The notes: generated by a model not told the origin, from the sequence alone. 64,000 nt of DNA from an uncultured Ilumatobacter sp. (GCA_905480335.1 CAJQPY010000003.1:161457-225456); one strand, 5' to 3'; positions 1-10,560 are shown, counted from the stretch's first letter. A program made the numbers and translations.

Positions 1-424
1 TCTGTGCCCATCATAAACCGGCCGCCGGGGATGGTAAGCAGTCGATGGTCTGGCGCCGACGCCGCCAGCGATGCAGTGCTAGTCGGTTGGGCGCACCCCT
101 TCGTCGGTTGCCGACTTGGCGCGCAGCACCCGTTCTGCGACGAGTCATTAGTCACCGAGGCAAGATACCAAACGCGTCGATTCGAGCGGCGTTAAGGCCG
201 ACCCCCAGTTGTCTCCTCGCACGAGGGCATGGCACTACGGATAACGGCGCGATCAATGAAGGAGCGCGAATGCGGACTTCTGAGCAACAACCTCGGACAG
301 AAAGTCGAGGCAGCCGCGATGCTGCATTGCGACCGATCCTTGCGTTTACGAGGATGGTGTTGCTTATCTGCTTGCTCTAGCGACCGGAATTGCATCGCGA
401 GCGGCAAGCGTGGCTAGTCGACGA

Positions 425-2077
425 CTAAGACCTGGGGGCGCTCTCCGCCAGCGCGTTGAGCAGATCGTACAGTTGCTCGACAGGGAGGTCGACAGCTTCG
501 CCATACAGCTTGACTTTCGGCTCCGTCCCGCTCGGCCGGACCTGGAGGCGGGCGCCGTTGACGAGCATCAACCGGACCAAGTTTGCCTCGGGATATGACG
601 TAACCACCTCGACCTCAATGCCGCCGATCTTGCCAGGAGGATCGGCGTCGATCGCAGCAACCCACTGGGCGCCGACCGACGGTGGGATGCGCACGGATAC
701 CTCGGCGGTCACATAACGACCAAAGCGGTCGGCGATCGCATCAAGGCGATCCTGCATCGTGACGCCGTCAGCAGCGGCACACGCAGCGATCTCGGCCATC
801 AGTACGGCAGCAGAGATGCCGTCCTTGTCGAGCGGGCGGTCGGTCACTAGATAACCAAGCGCCTGTTCGTAACCGAACACAAAGCGCTGTCCTTCAGCGG
901 CGCGGTCGTTTGCGATTCGCCCGATCCACTTGAACCCCGTGAACGTCTCCACCGAATGCACGCCATACGCCTTGGCCATCTGAGCAAGCAACGACGACGA
1001 CACCAGTGTCGTCACTACGAGCCGCTCATCGCCCGACGTATGGGCGAGGATGTGATCGGCGAACAGCCACCCGATCTCATCGCCCTCGAGGCGCCGCCAA
1101 CCGCCGTCGAGCGTCGGAATCGCAACTCCAAGCCGGTCGGCGTCGGGGTCGTTAGCCAACGCGATCATGGCATCGGACTCCCCAGCCGTTTGAAGCAACA
1201 GATCCATCGCCCCGGGTTCCTCCGGATTCGGGAATGCAACCGTTGGGAACGTGCCGTCCGGTTGATGCTGCTCGATCACCGGGATCGGCGCGTCGAGTCC
1301 TGAGGCAACGAACGCCATCTCAATGGTCTCGGCGCCCACACCGTGCATCGCCGTATACGCGACCGGTACACCCGGCACATCGGGTCGGAGACGCACGGCC
1401 GGAATCGACGCTACGTACGCCCTCTGCCACGAGCTATCCAGGTGCAGAATCAGGTGATCATCTTCACGGGCAAGCTCCACTGCGAGCGGGTCGACTTGGT
1501 CGATGCGGTCCGAAATCTCGCTGTCAACAGGGCTTACAATCTGCGAGCCCGTCTCAAGGAACACCTTGTAGCCATTGTCGGCCGGGGGATTGTGCGACGC
1601 AGTGACGACGACCCCCGCTGCGGCGTCGAGTCCGGTGATCGACCAGGCGAGCACGGGGGTCGGCTGGACACCGGGGTGCAGCATCGAACGGATTCCCATA
1701 GCTGCGAGCACCCGAGCCGTGTCGAGCGCAAACACGTTGCTCTTGCGACGCGCATCGTTGGCGATGACCACGCCGCGTTCTGCGGCGTTCTCAATTCTAC
1801 CCGCCGACTCCTCATCGAGCAGCCACCGTCCAAGGCCGGCAGCGGCCTGGCGGACGACTAGCCGATTCATTCGCATAGGACCTGCGGCCACCGCAGCGCG
1901 AAGGCCTGCCGTACCAAACTGGAGCCGACCACCGAATCGCGCGGCGAGGTCTTCGCTGGCAGGTTGATCCCCGGCGTCAGCAGCTTCAACCAGCGACGAG
2001 AGTTCTCCTCGCAGGTCTTCGTCTGGTTCGGCTGCTATCCATGCCTGCGCCGTCTTGAGGAGGTCGGTGTCAGTCAT
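425..2077 (-). CDS. alpha-D-phosphohexomutase family protein (phosphomannomutase/phosphoglucomutase-like)
   Basis: 550-aa ORF with the phosphoserine loop TASHNPPADNGYK and a four-domain length. It overlaps the upstream kinase gene by 8 nt. Confidence 0.85.
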   Translation of the reverse strand: MTDTDLLKTAQAWIAAEPDEDLRGELSSLVEAADAGDQPASEDLAARFGGRLQFGTAGLRAAVAAGPMRMNRLVVRQAAAGLGRWLLDEESAGRIENAAERGVVIANDARRKSNVFALDTARVLAAMGIRSMLHPGVQPTPVLAWSITGLDAAAGVVVTASHNPPADNGYKVFLETGSQIVSPVDSEISDRIDQVDPLAVELAREDDHLILHLDSSWQRAYVASIPAVRLRPDVPGVPVAYTAMHGVGAETIEMAFVASGLDAPIPVIEQHQPDGTFPTVAFPNPEEPGAMDLLLQTAGESDAMIALANDPDADRLGVAIPTLDGGWRRLEGDEIGWLFADHILAHTSGDERLVVTTLVSSSLLAQMAKAYGVHSVETFTGFKWIGRIANDRAAEGQRFVFGYEQALGYLVTDRPLDKDGISAAVLMAEIAACAAADGVTMQDRLDAIADRFGRYVTAEVSVRIPPSVGAQWVAAIDADPPGKIGGIEVEVVTSYPEANLVRLMLVNGARLQVRPSGTEPKVKLYGEAVDLPVEQLYDLLNALAESAPRS

Positions 2078-3098
2078 CGCTGCGAAGCGTATGCAACTCG
2101 ACCAGCGGGCGCGGACCTACATGGCTGATCACTTCGGCCGCGGCGATCGAACCGAGTCGGCCACACTCTGAGACGTCGGCACCGGTGGTGAGGCCGTGCA
2201 GGAAACCGGCAGCGAACAAGTCGCCGGCGCCAGTCGTGTCGACTACGGCTTTCACTTGGACTGCGGGCACCTCGACGAGCTCGTCATGGGTGACCACGAC
2301 ACAACCGGCTGCACCGCGGGTGACGACGGCCATCGAACATTCTGAACGCAGCGCCGCCACGGCATCGTCGAACGATTCCAACTGGTACAGCGACAACAAC
2401 TCATCCTCGTTCCCGAACAGCAGGTCGACACTGTCAGCCACAAGGCCGCGAAAGTCGTCGCGATGACGGTCGACACAAAACGAATCCGACAGCGTGAGCG
2501 ACACGGTCCTGCCGTGCTCGTGTGCCACACCTGCGGCATGACGGAAGGCCGCCTTCGCATCGTCGCGATCGTAGAGATACCCCTCCATGTAGAGGATTTG
2601 GCCCTGAGCGATGACTTCCTCGTCCAAATCGTCGACGCTCAACATCGACGACACGCCGAGGTAGGTGTTCATGGTCCGCTCTGCGTCGGGGGTCACCACG
2701 ATTACGCATCTGCCGGTCGGAATCGGCTGCTCGCTACGCCCGCCCGCAAACGTCACGCCCACGGCTCGCATGTCGTGACCGAAGACCTGCCCGAGGTCGT
2801 CGGTGTTGACTTTGCCGATGTACGCCGCCCGGCCGCGGAAGCTCGCTACGCCGCACACGGTGTTGGCGGCTGACCCGCCACTCATCTCAACGGCGCCAGA
2901 CAAGGCGGCATACAACTCAACGGCGCGCTCCGTCTCGATTAAGGTCATCGACCCCTTTACAAGTTGCTGGCTCTTGAGGAAATGTTCGGGAGCGTGAGCA
3001 ATCACGTCGACGAGCGCGTTTCCGATGCCAACGACGTCGTAGCGGGGCTGGTCCAAAGACGACGAGCGGGATGACTGTGAGCCGAACACGGACATCAA
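2070..3098 (-). CDS. PfkB-family carbohydrate/nucleoside kinase, adenosine-kinase-like
   Basis: 342-aa ORF. N-terminal YDVVGIGNALVDV and C-terminal DTTGAGDLFAAGFL are PfkB signature 2 with the catalytic Asp. Confidence 0.75.
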   Translation of the reverse strand: MMSVFGSQSSRSSSLDQPRYDVVGIGNALVDVIAHAPEHFLKSQQLVKGSMTLIETERAVELYAALSGAVEMSGGSAANTVCGVASFRGRAAYIGKVNTDDLGQVFGHDMRAVGVTFAGGRSEQPIPTGRCVIVVTPDAERTMNTYLGVSSMLSVDDLDEEVIAQGQILYMEGYLYDRDDAKAAFRHAAGVAHEHGRTVSLTLSDSFCVDRHRDDFRGLVADSVDLLFGNEDELLSLYQLESFDDAVAALRSECSMAVVTRGAAGCVVVTHDELVEVPAVQVKAVVDTTGAGDLFAAGFLHGLTTGADVSECGRLGSIAAAEVISHVGPRPLVELHTLRSDD

Positions 3099-3123
3099 CG
3101 CTACCCCCGCTACTCTCCCGCTT

Positions 3124-5694
3124 ATGTCGTCTGCGAACGCGTCCGCCCTCGTCGCCCCAGATCCATTCCGGCTCCCAAGTCACGTGCGCCCAACCCGCTA
3201 CGACGTCCTCCTGCGGCCGACACTCGACGACGCTTCGTTCAGCGGCGAAGTCTCCATCAAACTTGATGTAAGCGAACCGACCACATCAATTGTCCTCAAT
3301 GCAGTCGAACTCTGGATCGACGAAGTTCGCGTTGAAGGAATCAATGCCACGTGGAGCCTCGATGAATCGACGGAACGAATGACTGTCGAACTTGACGAAG
3401 CGGTCGCCGAATCGACCACCTTGTTCGTGCGCTTTCGCGGAACCTTGAACGACAAGCTGCGCGGTTTTTACCGGAGTACGTACATTGACGCTTCCGGCAT
3501 TGCGCACGTGATCGCTACATCCCAGATGCAGGCGACCGACTGTCGCCGAGCGTTCCCTTGCTGGGACGAGCCAGCGTTCAAGGCGGTGTTCGGGATCACG
3601 CTTGATGTTGCAGACGGATTGTCCGCAATCTCAAACGGCTCCGAACTCGGCCGGACGAGCGACGACGGCCGGACCCTGATCCGTTTTGCCGACACGATGA
3701 CTATGAGCTCTTACCTCGTCGCTGTCGTCGTCGGTGAGCTCGAAATGACCGATCCGCTCGATGTCGACGGAACCCCCCTCCGCATCGTTCACGTGCCCGG
3801 TAAGTCAGGACTGACGCAATTCGGTCTCGAGGTCGGTGCATTCTGCCTGCGCTGGTTTCAGGAGTACTACGACATCGAATATCCGTCTGACAAAGTCGAC
3901 CTCGTCGGACTTCCCGACTTCGCCGCCGGGGCGATGGAAAACCTTGGTTGCATCACGTTCCGTGAAAGTCTGCTGCTCATCGATCCCGACCGATCGACAC
4001 AGCACGAGCGGCAGCTGGTCGCCGATGTCGTCGCCCATGAACTCGCCCACATGTGGTTCGGGGACCTCGTCACAATGAACTGGTGGAACGGCATCTGGCT
4101 CAACGAAGCCTTCGCGACGTTCATGGAGATCGCCGCATGCGATGCGTTTGCGCCGGAGTGGGAGCGATGGACCAGTTTCGGACTCGAGCGGAGCGTCGCA
4201 TTCGAGGTCGACTCACTCGCCAGCACTCGTTCGGTTGAGTTCGAGGTGCGCTCACCCGCCGAGGCCGACGGCATGTTCGATGTTCTCACGTATCAAAAGG
4301 GTGGCGCGCTGCTTCGCATGCTTGAGCAGTACCTCGGCCCAGCTGAGTTCCGCGCTGGCGTTTCGCACTACCTACGTACCCACGCTTACGCCAACACCGA
4401 GACGAATGACCTCTGGGACGCTATTGAGGCCACGTCGGGCGAGCCGGTCCGCCGACTCATGGATTCATGGATTTGGCAGCCCGGATTCCCGCTCGTGTCG
4501 GCCGCACTAATCGACGTCGATGGTGTTCCCCACGTGCAACTCCAACAGGAGCGGTTCTCCTACGGTGAGAGCGCGCAAACTAATAGCTGGGTGATCCCGG
4601 TGCACGTTCGCTCAGGTATCGAGACTCACACGGTCATGATCGAATCGAGCGATCCGGTCACTATTGCCCTGCCCTCCGACGACGACGCGGTGGTTGTCAA
4701 CGCCGGCGGTCATGGGTTCTTCCGAGTTGCCTATGGGCCTGAGTTACGTGCGCGCATTGCCGACCCTCTTAATCTCGCACGACTCGACACCCTCGAGCGG
4801 TACAGCCTCGTCGATGACGCCTGGGCGGCGACTATCGCCGGTCGAATGTCGGCAGCTGATCTCCTCGGGTTACTTGAGAGTTTCGGTGCCGAACGCGAAT
4901 ACGGCGTATGGCACGCAATCACGATCGCCCTGGGTGGGATGGCTCGTCTCGTCGACGACGAAGCGCTTGACGCGTTGCGGACCCGAGTGCGCAGCCTCGT
5001 AGCTCCGGCGCTCGAACCACTCGGGGATCCAACATTCCATGAACCAGACCTGACCGGCAAGCTCAGAGGGCTACTCACCCGCACGATGGGGTCGCTCGGC
5101 CGCGACACTGCCACCCAGACCCACTGTGGCGAGCTCTTCGCTGCTGCCCGGCGCGGCGAGTCAGTCGATAGCGAAATGCTCTCGGCCTCCACAACCGTTG
5201 TGGCCGCAACCGGCGGTATCAACGACTACGAGCAGATGCTCGACGGTGTCACCAGCGCCGCTACGCCGCAGGAACAGCTTCGACTGTTGTACGCACTAGC
5301 CGAGTTCGACGATGCCGATCTCATTGCCCGCACGCGGACGCTGGCCATGAGCGACGCAGTAAAAACTCAGAACGCTCCGTTCCTGTTACGTTCCACGATC
5401 GCGAACCGCCTTCATGGCCCTGTGTCTTGGGAGTTCGTTAAGACCCACTGGGACGAAGCGACCCAGCGGTTTCCCGCTAACACAATCGTGCGAATGGTCG
5501 ACTCCGTGAAGCATCTCACTGCGCCGGGTGCCGTCGACGACGCCGCCCAGTTTTTTGCCGAGCACCCAATTGAGCAGGCCAGCCAGACGCTCGAACAAAT
5601 TCTTGAGCAACAGCGCGTGAACTCTGCGCTGCGTGCCCGCGAAGGACGGGCCTTCGGTGCGTTTCTTCTGGAATCATCGGTCCAGCCGACATGA
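3124..5694 (+). CDS. pepN: aminopeptidase N (M1 family)
   Basis: 856-aa ORF with the GAMEN motif (AAGAMENLG) and the zinc site HELAHMWFGDLVT...WLNEAF (HEXXH-18-E). Confidence 0.92.
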   Translation: MSSANASALVAPDPFRLPSHVRPTRYDVLLRPTLDDASFSGEVSIKLDVSEPTTSIVLNAVELWIDEVRVEGINATWSLDESTERMTVELDEAVAESTTLFVRFRGTLNDKLRGFYRSTYIDASGIAHVIATSQMQATDCRRAFPCWDEPAFKAVFGITLDVADGLSAISNGSELGRTSDDGRTLIRFADTMTMSSYLVAVVVGELEMTDPLDVDGTPLRIVHVPGKSGLTQFGLEVGAFCLRWFQEYYDIEYPSDKVDLVGLPDFAAGAMENLGCITFRESLLLIDPDRSTQHERQLVADVVAHELAHMWFGDLVTMNWWNGIWLNEAFATFMEIAACDAFAPEWERWTSFGLERSVAFEVDSLASTRSVEFEVRSPAEADGMFDVLTYQKGGALLRMLEQYLGPAEFRAGVSHYLRTHAYANTETNDLWDAIEATSGEPVRRLMDSWIWQPGFPLVSAALIDVDGVPHVQLQQERFSYGESAQTNSWVIPVHVRSGIETHTVMIESSDPVTIALPSDDDAVVVNAGGHGFFRVAYGPELRARIADPLNLARLDTLERYSLVDDAWAATIAGRMSAADLLGLLESFGAEREYGVWHAITIALGGMARLVDDEALDALRTRVRSLVAPALEPLGDPTFHEPDLTGKLRGLLTRTMGSLGRDTATQTHCGELFAAARRGESVDSEMLSASTTVVAATGGINDYEQMLDGVTSAATPQEQLRLLYALAEFDDADLIARTRTLAMSDAVKTQNAPFLLRSTIANRLHGPVSWEFVKTHWDEATQRFPANTIVRMVDSVKHLTAPGAVDDAAQFFAEHPIEQASQTLEQILEQQRVNSALRAREGRAFGAFLLESSVQPT

Positions 5695-5719
5695 CCGGCG
5701 ACGGCGCCGGACACGACAA

Positions 5720-5759
5720 GACCCCAGGCCTTTAGCCGGGCTCGCCGACACCTGGGGTC
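5720..5759. terminator. stem-loop between convergent pepN and tRNA-Ala (possible bidirectional terminator)
   Basis: Perfect 9-bp arms GACCCCAGG / CCTGGGGTC around a 22-nt loop. Only a weak U tract follows, on the minus strand. Confidence 0.4.
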
Positions 5760-5767
5760 CTTGGGCG

Positions 5768-5840
<73 letters not shown>

Positions 5841-5892
5841 GAAGGCCGGAAGTGTAGCGGGCGGTTGTCAGTCCCCGCACCAGGTTTCGGGC

Positions 5893-6672
5893 TCAGCTAA
5901 GCCAGTTGTCGTACGGCAAGCTGGCCTCACGCTGATTGCTCTGGGCAAGTAGATAAACGTACCCGCACAGTGCCAGGAACGCCAGCACGAAGGCGTACAA
6001 CATGACCGTGGAGCCGGTGGTAGCCGCCAGGAAGAGTGTGCACGCAGTCGCAACCACCAGCACAAACAAGATGTTTGTTCGGCGTTGTTTCGACGAACTG
6101 CACTGAGCGGCAGCAGCTGACGGTCGATGCTGGCCCCCTGTCGGGTCACCGTGCGACCGGCGACCAGTCTCGGCGTACCCATCTGCGATCGGGTAGCGCT
6201 CGTAGCTGGTCAGACGGGACCGGCGTTGGCCGTCGGTGGACTTGGAAGGCTCGAAACTTTCACTCGGCTGTCGGCGGGTTTCCGGGCGAGGCTTCCCCCC
6301 GGTCGGATCCCCATGAGACCGGAACCACGGTCCGTCGACGTCAGAGTCGACGGGACGGCTGGGCGAAATTGCAGTGTTTGAGCGGGCGGCCAGATCGGAC
6401 TTGGACGGCTGTTTGATGACCCCCTGCCGCAGCGCCGGCCGACCGGGGCGCCCTGCAGCAACAGGACGGCTTAGCGGTGATTGTGCCAACGGCCGACCGA
6501 TCGCTCGAATGCCTCCTCGTGGCGGCGTCGCCGTGTGCTGCAGCTTGGTGAGCTGACGGCGAAAGTCGGTGACGGAGGAGTTCGGTCTGTTCTCGACTCG
6601 CGACCGGAGCATCGGCGGGATGAGAACTGCGAGCCATGCCGCAGCGACCACTAAGAGAATGAGTTGAGCCAT
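5893..6672 (-). CDS. hypothetical membrane protein with Pro/Arg-rich linker
   Basis: 259-aa ORF with an N-terminal TM (LILLVVAAAWLAVLIPP) and two C-terminal TMs. The low-complexity middle carries a duplicated RSHGDPTGG. Confidence 0.55.
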   Translation of the reverse strand: MAQLILLVVAAAWLAVLIPPMLRSRVENRPNSSVTDFRRQLTKLQHTATPPRGGIRAIGRPLAQSPLSRPVAAGRPGRPALRQGVIKQPSKSDLAARSNTAISPSRPVDSDVDGPWFRSHGDPTGGKPRPETRRQPSESFEPSKSTDGQRRSRLTSYERYPIADGYAETGRRSHGDPTGGQHRPSAAAAQCSSSKQRRTNILFVLVVATACTLFLAATTGSTVMLYAFVLAFLALCGYVYLLAQSNQREASLPYDNWLS

Positions 6673-6789
6673 AAGAAGGGTGGAGTGAACTGCAGGGGCT
6701 TCAGGAACGATGGGAACGCTCGAGAAGTTCTAAGTATGACGAGTCTATGACGTTTGTGACAAGTCGCGCAACGACTTCCGTAGCAAACG

Positions 6790-7311
6790 TCATACCTCTT
6801 CAACGGGTTGTTGGGTCTCAACCGCTTCGTCTTCGACGAATCGGCGGTAGGTCCCCGAACGTCCGCCAGTCTTCTCCCATAGCGTGAGCTCGCCGATCAC
6901 CATTGCCCGATCGGCTGATTTACACATGTCGTAAACCGTCAATGCTGCAGTGCTGCACGCATGCAGCGCCTCCATTTCGACACCGGTGCGGTCGACGGTG
7001 TCGACCTGCGCCTCAATCTCGACGAAGTCGTCGCCGAGCTCGAAGTTGATCGACACCGCCCCTATAAGAAGCGGGTGGCACAGCGGGATCATGTCGGAGG
7101 TGCGCTTGGCCGCTTGGATTCCGGCGACTCGAGCGACCGACAGCACGTCGCCCTTCTTCACCTCACGGTTCGCAATTGCCGTCGTCGTCTCGGGCTTCAT
7201 GATTACCTTGCACCGAGCAACTGCTCGACGGTGGGTGGGATCTTTCGGCGTCACATCGACCATGCGGGCCCGACCGAGAGGGTCAAGGTGGGTGAATTCG
7301 ACATCGCTCAT
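6790..7311 (-). CDS. moaC: cyclic pyranopterin monophosphate synthase MoaC
   Basis: MoaC-like sequence (MVDVTPKDPTHRRA..., IPLCHPL). The ORF-track start at 7389 adds an unlikely Arg/Gly-rich 26 aa, so the ATG at 7311 (MSDVEFTHLD) is preferred. Confidence 0.85.
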   Translation of the reverse strand: MSDVEFTHLDPLGRARMVDVTPKDPTHRRAVARCKVIMKPETTTAIANREVKKGDVLSVARVAGIQAAKRTSDMIPLCHPLLIGAVSINFELGDDFVEIEAQVDTVDRTGVEMEALHACSTAALTVYDMCKSADRAMVIGELTLWEKTGGRSGTYRRFVEDEAVETQQPVEEV

Positions 7312-7379
7312 CGACCGTGCACGGTAGCCGCGACCGGCTCCCTGCGCGACGAACGGGCAGACCGGGGTACGTTCAGCAG

Positions 7380-8153
7380 ATGGCATCAAGTAGCAATCTC
7401 CCCTACGACGCGCTCGAAACCCTCCGCGTCGACGGCGCGGGCTTCATCGATCTCATCAGGAACAACGACCCCGACATAGCGGTTCCGGCCTGTCCGGGAT
7501 GGACGCTCGCCGACCTCGCCTATCACCAGGGCGAGGTCTGGCATTTCTGGGGCCGGATCGTCGCGAGCGGTATCACCGAGCGCGAACAGCTGAGGGCAAT
7601 CCGCCAGATCGAACAACCGAGCGGGCCGCTGCTGGTCGACTGGTTGGCGCTTACGCACAACGAACTGTTCTCGGCACTCGTTGATGCCGGAACCGACCAG
7701 GAAGTATGGACATGGACGGGCGCAAACAGAGACACAGCATGGGTCCGCCGCCGAGTAGTCCAGGAGACCGCGGTCCATCGTTTCGACGCTGCAAGCGCCG
7801 TCAGCGACCCGTACAAAGTGCCGAGAGCTATCGCTGCCGACGGGATCGACGAGTTCTTAATGTGGTTCGCCGGTACCGAACGCCGGGAGGGCGAGATGAA
7901 GCCCGGCGGCACGGTGCACCTGCACTGCACCGACACGAGCGAAACCGACGTCGCCGCGGGCGAATGGTTCGTCTCAAGTCTGAAGGAGCCGAACTGCACC
8001 TTCACCCGTGAACACCGAAAAGGCGATGCGGCGATCCGGGGGCGAGCACACGACATCTTGATGTGGTTGTGGCGTCGCAGCGATGCCGGCATCGAGATCA
8101 TCGGCAACGACGTCGTGGCACGCCGATTCCGCGCATACACCAACCTCGACTGA
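7380..8153 (+). CDS. DinB/MDMPI-family protein (mycothiol-dependent maleylpyruvate-isomerase-like N-terminal domain)
   Basis: PGWTLADLAYHQGEVWHFW is a helix-bundle N-terminus typical of the actinobacterial TIGR03083-type family. The start is taken at the ATG at 7380 (MASSSN). Confidence 0.6.
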   Translation: MASSSNLPYDALETLRVDGAGFIDLIRNNDPDIAVPACPGWTLADLAYHQGEVWHFWGRIVASGITEREQLRAIRQIEQPSGPLLVDWLALTHNELFSALVDAGTDQEVWTWTGANRDTAWVRRRVVQETAVHRFDAASAVSDPYKVPRAIAADGIDEFLMWFAGTERREGEMKPGGTVHLHCTDTSETDVAAGEWFVSSLKEPNCTFTREHRKGDAAIRGRAHDILMWLWRRSDAGIEIIGNDVVARRFRAYTNLD

Positions 8154-8238
8154 TTGGTTTCGCAGTGCCGCAGGTGCCGCCCGATGCCGGGCCAGCCTGT
8201 CAAAGGGCACGGCCGCCGCATGTCAGGCCGTTATCGGC

Positions 8239-9282
8239 TTAACCGCCGATTTGGCTCATTGACTTGGACGGTCGGGTGAAGGTCACCTGGTTGATCTGGT
8301 GGCCGGCCCACTTCGTCGCAACGGCCCTTTCGATCCGAGCCGCTATTTGGTCGTCGGTCTCCCCGCTCCGAAGCGCCGACAGAAGATCGAACTCTCTGGT
8401 GGCGAAGAGGCAGGTCCGAAACTCCCCCTCAGAGGTCAGCCGAACGCGATCGCAGTCGCCACAGAACGGCTTCGTGACGGTGGGGATGATGCCAATCTTG
8501 GCCCCCGGAGCATCATGATCACCGTGGAGGCCGCCGTCGAGGTAACGGAACCGGTCAGCGGGGGCGGCGCCCCGCGCAGGCATAACCTCAATCGGATGGA
8601 CAGCGCTCAGCACCGCAACGATCTCGTCCTGCCCGACGACCTTGTCCTTCATCCATTGCCCCTCGGCGTCTAGTGGCATGAACTCGATGAACCGCACTTC
8701 GACGTTCTGCCTTCGCCCGAAGTCCGCAAGCGCCACGATCTCATCGTCGTTGACACCGCGCTCAATCACAGCGTTGATCTTGACCGGATCAAAGCCGGCG
8801 GCCTGTGCGGCGGCGACGCCTTCCAGCACGTTGTCGAGCTGGTCACGTCGGGTCATCCGGTGGAACTTCTCGCGGTCAAGCGTGTCGAGACTGATATTGA
8901 CCCGCTGCAACCCAGCCTGTCGGAGGCCATCGGCGGCAAGGCGCATCGTGGCGCCGTTCGTGGTCATCGCCAGGTCGATCGACCCTCCCGAGTGCTCGAG
9001 TTGCGCAAGCTTACGGATAAGAACGGGCAGGTGGGCACGGACGGTCGGCTCGCCGCCTGTGAGCCGTATCCCGCGCACTCCGTAGCGTTCGACAAAGATC
9101 CGCGCTATGCGCTCAATCTCCTCGAACGACATAACCTCCGAACGCGGCAGCCACTGCATCCCTTCTTCGGGCATGCAGTACGTGCACCGGAAGTTGCAAC
9201 GGTCGGTAATCGAAATCCGGAGATCTTTGATCACGCGTCCGAACGGATCGACGAGATCCTGATGCGCACGACCCCCTGGCAT
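8239..9282 (-). CDS. moaA: GTP 3',8-cyclase MoaA (radical SAM)
   Basis: 347-aa ORF with the CNFRCTYCMP radical-SAM cluster motif and a C-terminal CGDCDR second-cluster region. Confidence 0.92.
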   Translation of the reverse strand: MPGGRAHQDLVDPFGRVIKDLRISITDRCNFRCTYCMPEEGMQWLPRSEVMSFEEIERIARIFVERYGVRGIRLTGGEPTVRAHLPVLIRKLAQLEHSGGSIDLAMTTNGATMRLAADGLRQAGLQRVNISLDTLDREKFHRMTRRDQLDNVLEGVAAAQAAGFDPVKINAVIERGVNDDEIVALADFGRRQNVEVRFIEFMPLDAEGQWMKDKVVGQDEIVAVLSAVHPIEVMPARGAAPADRFRYLDGGLHGDHDAPGAKIGIIPTVTKPFCGDCDRVRLTSEGEFRTCLFATREFDLLSALRSGETDDQIAARIERAVATKWAGHQINQVTFTRPSKSMSQIGG

Positions 9283-9321
9283 GTCTACACGCTACTGCCC
9301 GATTTGCCCAGTCCCGATAGA

Positions 9322-10560
9322 TCAGTGGAGGAGGAGGACCGCAACATCGGCACCAGCGGGGAGGCCGTCCCCGTCGGGAATGACCGCCATCGCGTCGGCC
9401 GACGCTGTTGCCGCCAGCTGATGGCTTCCCTGGGCGCCGACCGGACGCACGTGATACCGGCCGTCGTCTCCAAAGTCGCCGTTCACCCGAGCAAAGTGGA
9501 CCTTGCCGTCGGCGCTGCGCCTGAAATCGGCATCAGCCACCGCAACCAGGCTCGTGCGGGTGAGCCGAAGGTGGCCCATCATCCGACGCAGCGCTGGGCG
9601 CGCCATCAGCTCGTAGCTCACTAACGAACTCACCGGATTTCCGGGCAGCCCGAAAATCGGGACTATGGCGCCGCCCGGTCCAGCGAGCGTCCCAAACGCG
9701 AATGGCTTGGCCGGCTTGATCGCCATCTGCATCCACGTCATGTCGGCGATGCGCCCGAGGACCGCCTTCACGACGTCGTAATCGCCCATTGATACGCCAC
9801 CACTTGAAACAATCGCGTCGCATGTCTCCGCCGCACCACGAAGCACCCGCTCGAGCTCGACCTCGTCGTCGCGCACCACGCCGAGGTCGACCACGTCGCA
9901 GCCCGTCCCGACCAACATCCCGGCCAACATGGTCTTGTTGGACTCCCGGATCTGTCCGACTTTGAGCGGTGAGCCGTCGTCGATCAACTCGTCACCCGTC
10001 GACAGAACCGCCACCCTGATCCGCGGGAACACACTGACCTCGTTGGCATTGACGCTGGCGAGCACTGCTTGGATCGCCGGGGTGATTGCGATACCGGCAG
10101 AGAAGATTTGGTCGCCGGCTCGAACATCGTCTCCAGCACGACGGACAGCTGCTCCCGCAGAAACGGTCGCGGAAAGACGGACCCGCTCTAGGCCATCGTC
10201 GCCGATTCCGAGTCGCTCGGAGTCCTCCACCATCACAACAGCATCAGCTCCATTGGGCATCGGTGCCCCAGTCATAATCCGGATCACCTCACCCGATCCC
10301 ACCGGGCGATCTGGGGCGATGCCTGCGGCGATTTCACCGACGACAACCATCTCGACCGGCTCCTCCGTTGCGGTCGCAACATCGACACTTCGCACGGCGT
10401 ACCCATCGACGGCGGTATTGTCGAATGGCGGGACAATCTCGCCCGAGACCACTGGAGCGGCCAGCACGAGGCCGTTCGCGTCCTGTCGACGCATCGTCAC
10501 AGCCGCCCGGGGCGGGCACGATCCGAGCACAAACTCCTGGGCGTCTTCCAAAGGCGTCAT
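9322..10560 (-). CDS. moeA: molybdopterin molybdenumtransferase MoeA
   Basis: 412-aa ORF with MoeA domain order, LSTGDEL and SSGGVSMGDYD motifs. Confidence 0.88.
   Translation of the reverse strand: MTPLEDAQEFVLGSCPPRAAVTMRRQDANGLVLAAPVVSGEIVPPFDNTAVDGYAVRSVDVATATEEPVEMVVVGEIAAGIAPDRPVGSGEVIRIMTGAPMPNGADAVVMVEDSERLGIGDDGLERVRLSATVSAGAAVRRAGDDVRAGDQIFSAGIAITPAIQAVLASVNANEVSVFPRIRVAVLSTGDELIDDGSPLKVGQIRESNKTMLAGMLVGTGCDVVDLGVVRDDEVELERVLRGAAETCDAIVSSGGVSMGDYDVVKAVLGRIADMTWMQMAIKPAKPFAFGTLAGPGGAIVPIFGLPGNPVSSLVSYELMARPALRRMMGHLRLTRTSLVAVADADFRRSADGKVHFARVNGDFGDDGRYHVRPVGAQGSHQLAATASADAMAVIPDGDGLPAGADVAVLLLH

Noticed and set aside
1-424. RNase P RNA or tmRNA
   Set aside because: GGGCAUGGCAC...GGAUAACGG and GGACAGAAAGU loosely resemble RNase P segments. 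The universal GAGGAAAGUCC (P4) is absent, as are a tmRNA tag ORF and a tRNA-like 3' end.
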